Source: Spirochaetia bacterium
GTDB lineage: Bacteria > Spirochaetota > Spirochaetia > SZUA-6 > Bin103
Assembly: GCA_965203905.1 (NCBI GenBank)
Contig: CBDBDQ010000005.1
Coordinates: forward strand, 4,096,001-4,160,000
DNA length: 64,000 nucleotides
Direction of reading: 5' to 3'
The notes under the pieces were generated by a model. It was given only the letters and a program-made list of their open reading frames with translations, ran no database searches and was not told where the DNA came from. The position numbers were made by a program, and so were the translations under genes. Shown one piece after another: positions 59,433 to 64,000 of the stretch (its first letter is position 1; every line of letters starts with the position of its first letter).

Positions 59433-60560
59433 GTGCCACTGGCGGTCTTTACCGGCGGCGGCACCGCCGGGCACATCATTCCCGGACTGGCGATAATCCG
59501 CGAGTTGCAAACCGGCGGCTGGCGGGCCGCGTGGATCGGATCACGCCGGCCCGCGGAACGCACACTGGTACGCGCCGCACGGGTGCCCTTCTACGCCATC
59601 CCGGCAGGGAAGCTGCGCCGCTACTACTCGCTGCGCAACTTCGCGGACGGCGCCGCGGTGCTGGCCGGCTGCCTGCACGCGCTGCTGCTGCTGGCCCGCC
59701 TGCGTCCACGCGTCCTGTTCGCCAAGGGCAGCTACGTGAGCGTGCCGCCGGTGGTGGCGGCGCGGCTGCTGGGCATCCCGGTAATCACCCACGAGTCCGA
59801 CACTACCCCGGCGCTGGCCACCCGAATCAATGCCAGCATGGCGCACACCGTCCTGGTGGCGTTCGCCGCCACCCGCGGCAAGCTGCCGTCGCGCCTGCAC
59901 CGGCGGGTACGGGTTACCGGCAACCCGCTGCGCTCCGGCCTGGAGCAGGGCGACGCGGAACGCGGGCGCAGCCGGGTGGGCGCTCCGCCGGGATTGCCGC
60001 TGCTGTTCGTCACCGGGGGCAGCAGCGGTGCCCGGGCGCTCAACGAGCTGGTCTACCACGCGCTGCCGGAACTGGTCCGGCATTGGTTCGTGGTGCATCA
60101 GACCGGAGCGGCGTGGCGTGCTCCGGCTACCGCACCGGCGCCGCCGGTGGCCGGCCGCTACCGTGCCCTGCCGTTCGTGACCGAGGGGTTCCCCGATCTG
60201 CTGGCCGCCGCAGACGTGGTGGTGAGCCGCGCCGGAGCGAATACCCTCGGCGAACTGGCGGCGACCGCCACCCCGGCGGTGCTGATTCCGCTGCCGCGTA
60301 CTCAGAGCCGCGGTGAGCAGTTGGCCAACGCGGAGCTGTTCGCCGCGCAGGGCGCCGCGCTGGTGCTGGCCGAGGAGCAGACCGATTCCGCCACCCTTAC
60401 CGCGGCACTGCACGAGCTGCGCTGCGATGCCGTCCGCCGCCGGCACATGGCCAGCAACATGGCGCGGCTCGCTACCCGCGACGCCGCGCGCCGCATCGCA
60501 AGTATCGTGGCCGCCAGCGCCGGCAGTCGTGGCACCGGCGGAAGAGGGGAGGGTAGCTGA
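59433..60560 (+). CDS. murG: MurG N-acetylglucosaminyltransferase
   Basis: 'TGGGTAGHI', 'GKLRRY', 'HESD', 'TGNPLR', 'SRAGA', 'QLANA'. Confidence 0.93.
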   Translation: MPLAVFTGGGTAGHIIPGLAIIRELQTGGWRAAWIGSRRPAERTLVRAARVPFYAIPAGKLRRYYSLRNFADGAAVLAGCLHALLLLARLRPRVLFAKGSYVSVPPVVAARLLGIPVITHESDTTPALATRINASMAHTVLVAFAATRGKLPSRLHRRVRVTGNPLRSGLEQGDAERGRSRVGAPPGLPLLFVTGGSSGARALNELVYHALPELVRHWFVVHQTGAAWRAPATAPAPPVAGRYRALPFVTEGFPDLLAAADVVVSRAGANTLGELAATATPAVLIPLPRTQSRGEQLANAELFAAQGAALVLAEEQTDSATLTAALHELRCDAVRRRHMASNMARLATRDAARRIASIVAASAGSRGTGGRGEGS

Positions 60561-61057
60561 TGGTGATAGCGGTCGCCGACGTGGTGTGCGCGGCGATCCT
60601 GCTGCTGGCAGGGCTGCGCGGCGGGATTCGCGGCTTCGTGGCGGAGACTTTCTCGCTGGGGGCGATCGCGGCGGGCGTCGCCGTGGCCGTCGTCGGCCAC
60701 CCGCTCGTGATGCAGCAGCTTGAGACCTTGTGGGAAGCGGCATGGTGGCAGCGACCGGTTGCCGTCGTGGCGCTGTTCGTGGCCACCTACCTGGTGGTCA
60801 AGCTGCTGCAGGCGGTCTCGCAGCGGGCCTGCGCCGCACTGCGCCTGAAGGGACTCGACCACATCCTCGGAATCGGGGTTGGTGTTGCCGAGGGACTGAT
60901 CGTCGTGTATGGATTCCTGGTCCTGGCACGGGTGCAGACGCTGATCGACACCGGGCCGTGGTTCGCCGATTCGCTGGTGCAGGAACTGCTGCTGCCCTGG
61001 ATGCTCGCCAACCTGCCGTTTCCCGAGCTTCCGGCCCCGGAATCGGCCACGATATAG
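60560..61057 (+). CDS. cvpA: CvpA family protein
   Basis: Four TM helices; 'RGFVAE', 'LDHILG...GVAEG'. Confidence 0.82.
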   Translation: MVIAVADVVCAAILLLAGLRGGIRGFVAETFSLGAIAAGVAVAVVGHPLVMQQLETLWEAAWWQRPVAVVALFVATYLVVKLLQAVSQRACAALRLKGLDHILGIGVGVAEGLIVVYGFLVLARVQTLIDTGPWFADSLVQELLLPWMLANLPFPELPAPESATI

Positions 61058-61062
61058 CCGCC

Positions 61063-62289
61063 GTGTTCGAGAACATCATCGGCCACGATGCCACCATCTC
61101 GGTATTGCGCGACGAGGTGCTAGCGGACCGCCTGCCGCGCGCCATTCTGCTCAGCGGTCCCGCCTACAGCGGCAAGCTGTCCATCGCGCTGGAGCTGGCC
61201 CGAGTGCTGGCTTGCACGCGGTCCGGCGACTGGGGCTGCGAATGCGAGGTTTGTCTGCGCCATCGCGACCTCAGCTTCCCCTACCTGTTGTTGCTGGGCT
61301 GGCGCTACTGGGAGGCGGAGATCCGGGCCGCCGCGGACCTGTTGCAGCGCTCGCAGTCGGCCGCCTGCTACCACTTCTTCGTGCGGGCGGTGCGCAAGCT
61401 CACGCGCCGTTACGACGGCCTGCTGTGGGAAGGAGACGAGACCAGGGTGCGCCCGGCCGCCGGCGCGGTGGGCGCGCTGAACGAGCTGCTCGAGGGGCTG
61501 ACGCCGGAGCTGACGGGGGCGGCGCTGGAGAAGCGCTGCGCCAAGATCGAGACCCAGGTCGGCAAGCTGGTGGCGACCGTCAAGACGGACAATGTCCCGA
61601 TCAGCCAGATCCGCAACGTCGAGCGATGGCTGCACCTGTCCGCGCCCGAGAGCCGCAAGGTGGTGATCGTGGAACACGCGGAGGGGATCCAGGAGTCGTC
61701 CCGCAACGCCCTGTTGCGCCTGCTGGAGGAGCCCCCGGCCGGGGTCCACCTCATGCTGCTCACACGGCGCCCGGACGCCCTGATCCCCACCCTGCGTTCG
61801 CGGCTGCGGGAGTATGCTCTGCGGGAACGCAGCAGCCGGCAGCAGGGCGAGGTGTTGCGGCGAATATTCCGCAGGGAGCCGGAGCCGGCCGTCTCGCTGC
61901 GCGACTACTTTCTCACCTGGCAGGAGTTCGGCGCCGAGCGCCTGAGCGCCCAGGCAACGCGGTTCCTCGCGGCAGTGACCGACCCGCCGCCGGACGGACA
62001 GTCCTGGATCGCCGGTCCCCCCGGAGGCTACGCCCACGCCGCCGGGTTGCCGGAGCGCCTGGAGCGCGAGCGGCTGCTGGCCTTCCTGGAACAACTGTCG
62101 GAGGAGCTGCGGACCCAGTTGCGGCAAGGCCGGCCGGCCGCGCTGCTGCAGGCCTGGGCCTGGCAGGTGGACCAGTGCGTGGCACGGGTGACCACCCTGC
62201 GCATTCAGCCGCGCCACGCGTTGCAGGGGCTCGGCAGCGCCCTGCGCGCCGCGGCCGGCGCGGCACCTGCGGCGGGAGGATCAAGATGA
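61063..62289 (+). CDS. DNA polymerase III delta'-like clamp loader subunit
   Basis: 'FENIIGH', 'SGPAYSGK', CxCxxC, 'NALLRLLEEPP', 'PTLRSR'. Confidence 0.78.
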   Translation: MFENIIGHDATISVLRDEVLADRLPRAILLSGPAYSGKLSIALELARVLACTRSGDWGCECEVCLRHRDLSFPYLLLLGWRYWEAEIRAAADLLQRSQSAACYHFFVRAVRKLTRRYDGLLWEGDETRVRPAAGAVGALNELLEGLTPELTGAALEKRCAKIETQVGKLVATVKTDNVPISQIRNVERWLHLSAPESRKVVIVEHAEGIQESSRNALLRLLEEPPAGVHLMLLTRRPDALIPTLRSRLREYALRERSSRQQGEVLRRIFRREPEPAVSLRDYFLTWQEFGAERLSAQATRFLAAVTDPPPDGQSWIAGPPGGYAHAAGLPERLERERLLAFLEQLSEELRTQLRQGRPAALLQAWAWQVDQCVARVTTLRIQPRHALQGLGSALRAAAGAAPAAGGSR

Positions 62290-63491
62290 GGGTAATGCGA
62301 CGTTTCTATCAGCGGGCCGTGGACCGGCTGGACAAGATCGACTCGGCGCAGTTGCGCGAGTTGCTGCGCCGGCTGGCCGCGGACAACGACCTGCTCGGCA
62401 TGGTGCTCGACTCCATGGCACGCGGCATCATCGTCACCGATACCGACGGCCGCGTCCTGCTGGTCAACCGCGCCGCCGAGCGCCTGGTACCGTTCCAGGC
62501 TTCCGAGTATGCCCAGCTCTGCGTATGGGACGTGATCTCCGACGCCGAGATCGCCGGCTTCCTGCGCGATACCCTGCAGCGCCAGGAGAACGCCCGTGAT
62601 CGCGACTTCACCATCGGCTCCGGCGCGCTGCGGACCCTGAGCTTCGGCGTCCTCCCCCTGGTGCAGGAGGGGCACGTCTCCGGCAACCTGATCTACGCCG
62701 AGGACGTCACCGAGAAGCGCGCCGCCGAGGCGCGCCTGCGCCGGGCGGAGAGCCTGGCCTCCCTCGCCACCCTCACCGCCGGCGTGGCCCACGAGATAAA
62801 GAACCCGCTGGGCGCCATCAGCATCCACCTGCAGCTGATCCAGCGCCGCCTCGGAGCGGAGCGGGAGGGACCGGGGGCCGACGCCTGGAGCGCGGTACGC
62901 GAGGCCGTCGGCGTGATCGAGGAGGAGGTGGAGCGCCTGAACCAGATCGTGGTGGACTACCTGTTCGCGGTGCGCCCGATGAACATCGACCTGACCAGTG
63001 GAGAGGTGAACGAGTTGCTGGCGGAGCTGCTGCGCCTGCTGCGCCCGGAGCTGGAGGAGGCCGGCATCGAGCTGCGCGAGCAGTTGGGCAAGAACCTGCC
63101 ACGGGTGCTGCTCGATCAGCGCGCCATGCGCGAGGCGCTGCTCAACCTCATCAAGAATGCCATCGCGGCGATGGTGGAAGACACCTCCCCCGGCCGCCCG
63201 CGCGTACTCACGGTGGCCTCTTCCACGGACGGCGAGTCGGTGACCGTACGCATCGGCGACACCGGGCCCGGCATTCCGCAGGAGATCCAGGACCGGATAT
63301 TCGAGCCCTACTTCACCACCCGCGACTTCGGTTCCGGGCTGGGCCTGACGCTGGTGTACAAGATCGTCAAGGAGCATCTCGGGGAGATAGGGCTGGACAG
63401 CAAGCCCCGATCCGGCAGCACCTTTTCCATCAGCATTCCGGTCCCGCAGACCGAGAAGCGCCTGCTCGGATTCGAGGCCGCTAAGACATGA
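62286..63491 (+). CDS. PAS-domain sensor histidine kinase (Hk2/NtrB-like)
   Basis: PAS, H-box 'AHEIKNPL', N-box, 'DTGPGI', 'FEPYFTT', 'GSGLGL'. Confidence 0.92.
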   Translation: MRVMRRFYQRAVDRLDKIDSAQLRELLRRLAADNDLLGMVLDSMARGIIVTDTDGRVLLVNRAAERLVPFQASEYAQLCVWDVISDAEIAGFLRDTLQRQENARDRDFTIGSGALRTLSFGVLPLVQEGHVSGNLIYAEDVTEKRAAEARLRRAESLASLATLTAGVAHEIKNPLGAISIHLQLIQRRLGAEREGPGADAWSAVREAVGVIEEEVERLNQIVVDYLFAVRPMNIDLTSGEVNELLAELLRLLRPELEEAGIELREQLGKNLPRVLLDQRAMREALLNLIKNAIAAMVEDTSPGRPRVLTVASSTDGESVTVRIGDTGPGIPQEIQDRIFEPYFTTRDFGSGLGLTLVYKIVKEHLGEIGLDSKPRSGSTFSISIPVPQTEKRLLGFEAAKT

Positions 63492-64000
63492 GTGCCGAGC
63501 GCATGAGCATTCTCATCGCCGACGATGAGAAGAACATCCGCGAAGGGCTGAGCAAGGCGCTGCAGTTGGCTGGCTACCAGACGCAGATGGCGGCCTCCGG
63601 CAGCGAAGCGCTGCGGGTGCTGGAGAGCCGCGCCGTGGACCTGGTGATCTCCGACCTGCGGATGCCGGGCCTGTCGGGGGAGCAGCTCCTCAAGCGCGTG
63701 GTAGCCTCCTATCCCGCGATCCCGGTGATCATCCTCACCGGTCACGGCACCATCGAGAGCGCGGTGACGGCGATGCGCGACGGCGCCTACGACTTCCTCA
63801 CCAAGCCGGTCAACCTGGATCACCTGGAGTTGCTGGTCAAGCGCGCCCTGTCGCGACGTCAACTGGTGCTGGAAAACCTGGCGCTGCAGCGTGAGCTGGA
63901 GCGGCGCAGCGAGAGCCACAAGCTGGTAACCGCCAGTCCGCCCATGAAGAAGGCGTTCGAGATGGTGGAGCAGGTGGCGCCCAGCCGCGCCTCGGTGCTG
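63488..64000 (+). CDS. NtrC/Rrp2-like sigma54-dependent response regulator, 3'-truncated by window edge
   Basis: Receiver 'ILIADDE...DLRMPG...LTGHG...DFLTKP' then start of AAA domain 'QVAPSRASVL'. Confidence 0.88.
   Translation, partial: MSAERMSILIADDEKNIREGLSKALQLAGYQTQMAASGSEALRVLESRAVDLVISDLRMPGLSGEQLLKRVVASYPAIPVIILTGHGTIESAVTAMRDGAYDFLTKPVNLDHLELLVKRALSRRQLVLENLALQRELERRSESHKLVTASPPMKKAFEMVEQVAPSRASVL

Overview
High-GC bacterial window, most likely a Spirochaetia genome (the murG-cvpA-holB-like-PAS kinase-sigma54 regulator synteny and several spirochaete-type hypothetical proteins point that way). Three zones. (1) 1-11.2 kb: family-5 ABC transporter operon and catabolic genes, interrupted by a mosaic of gene fragments. 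(2) 11.4-34.2 kb: a minus-strand defence island built on a complete class I DISARM set (drmD, drmMI, drmA, drmB, drmC). Its gene junctions carry co-oriented cargo: ABC-ATPase+PIN, GNAT-PIN-(EVE-like)+ASCH, a decayed ABC-ATPase+DUF4276 pair, and a HEPN gene with an unknown ~120-aa partner. The partner gene is present in three intact diverged copies, each with its own promoter-like leader; only one keeps an intact HEPN gene, and the other two are followed by remnants of drmA or drmC. IS1634 and group II intron remnants lie at the left edge. (3) 34.3-64 kb: housekeeping genes (rnz, lon, recO, recJ, rpsU, two tRNA-Met, rnhA, comM-like, htrA-like, uvrB, murG, two-component pair) with one intact ISAzo13 element. 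rpsU has no canonical start codon (ATC behind GGAGG), and several genes show leaderless-type promoter geometry. All calls are from motif recognition by eye; no database searches were run.
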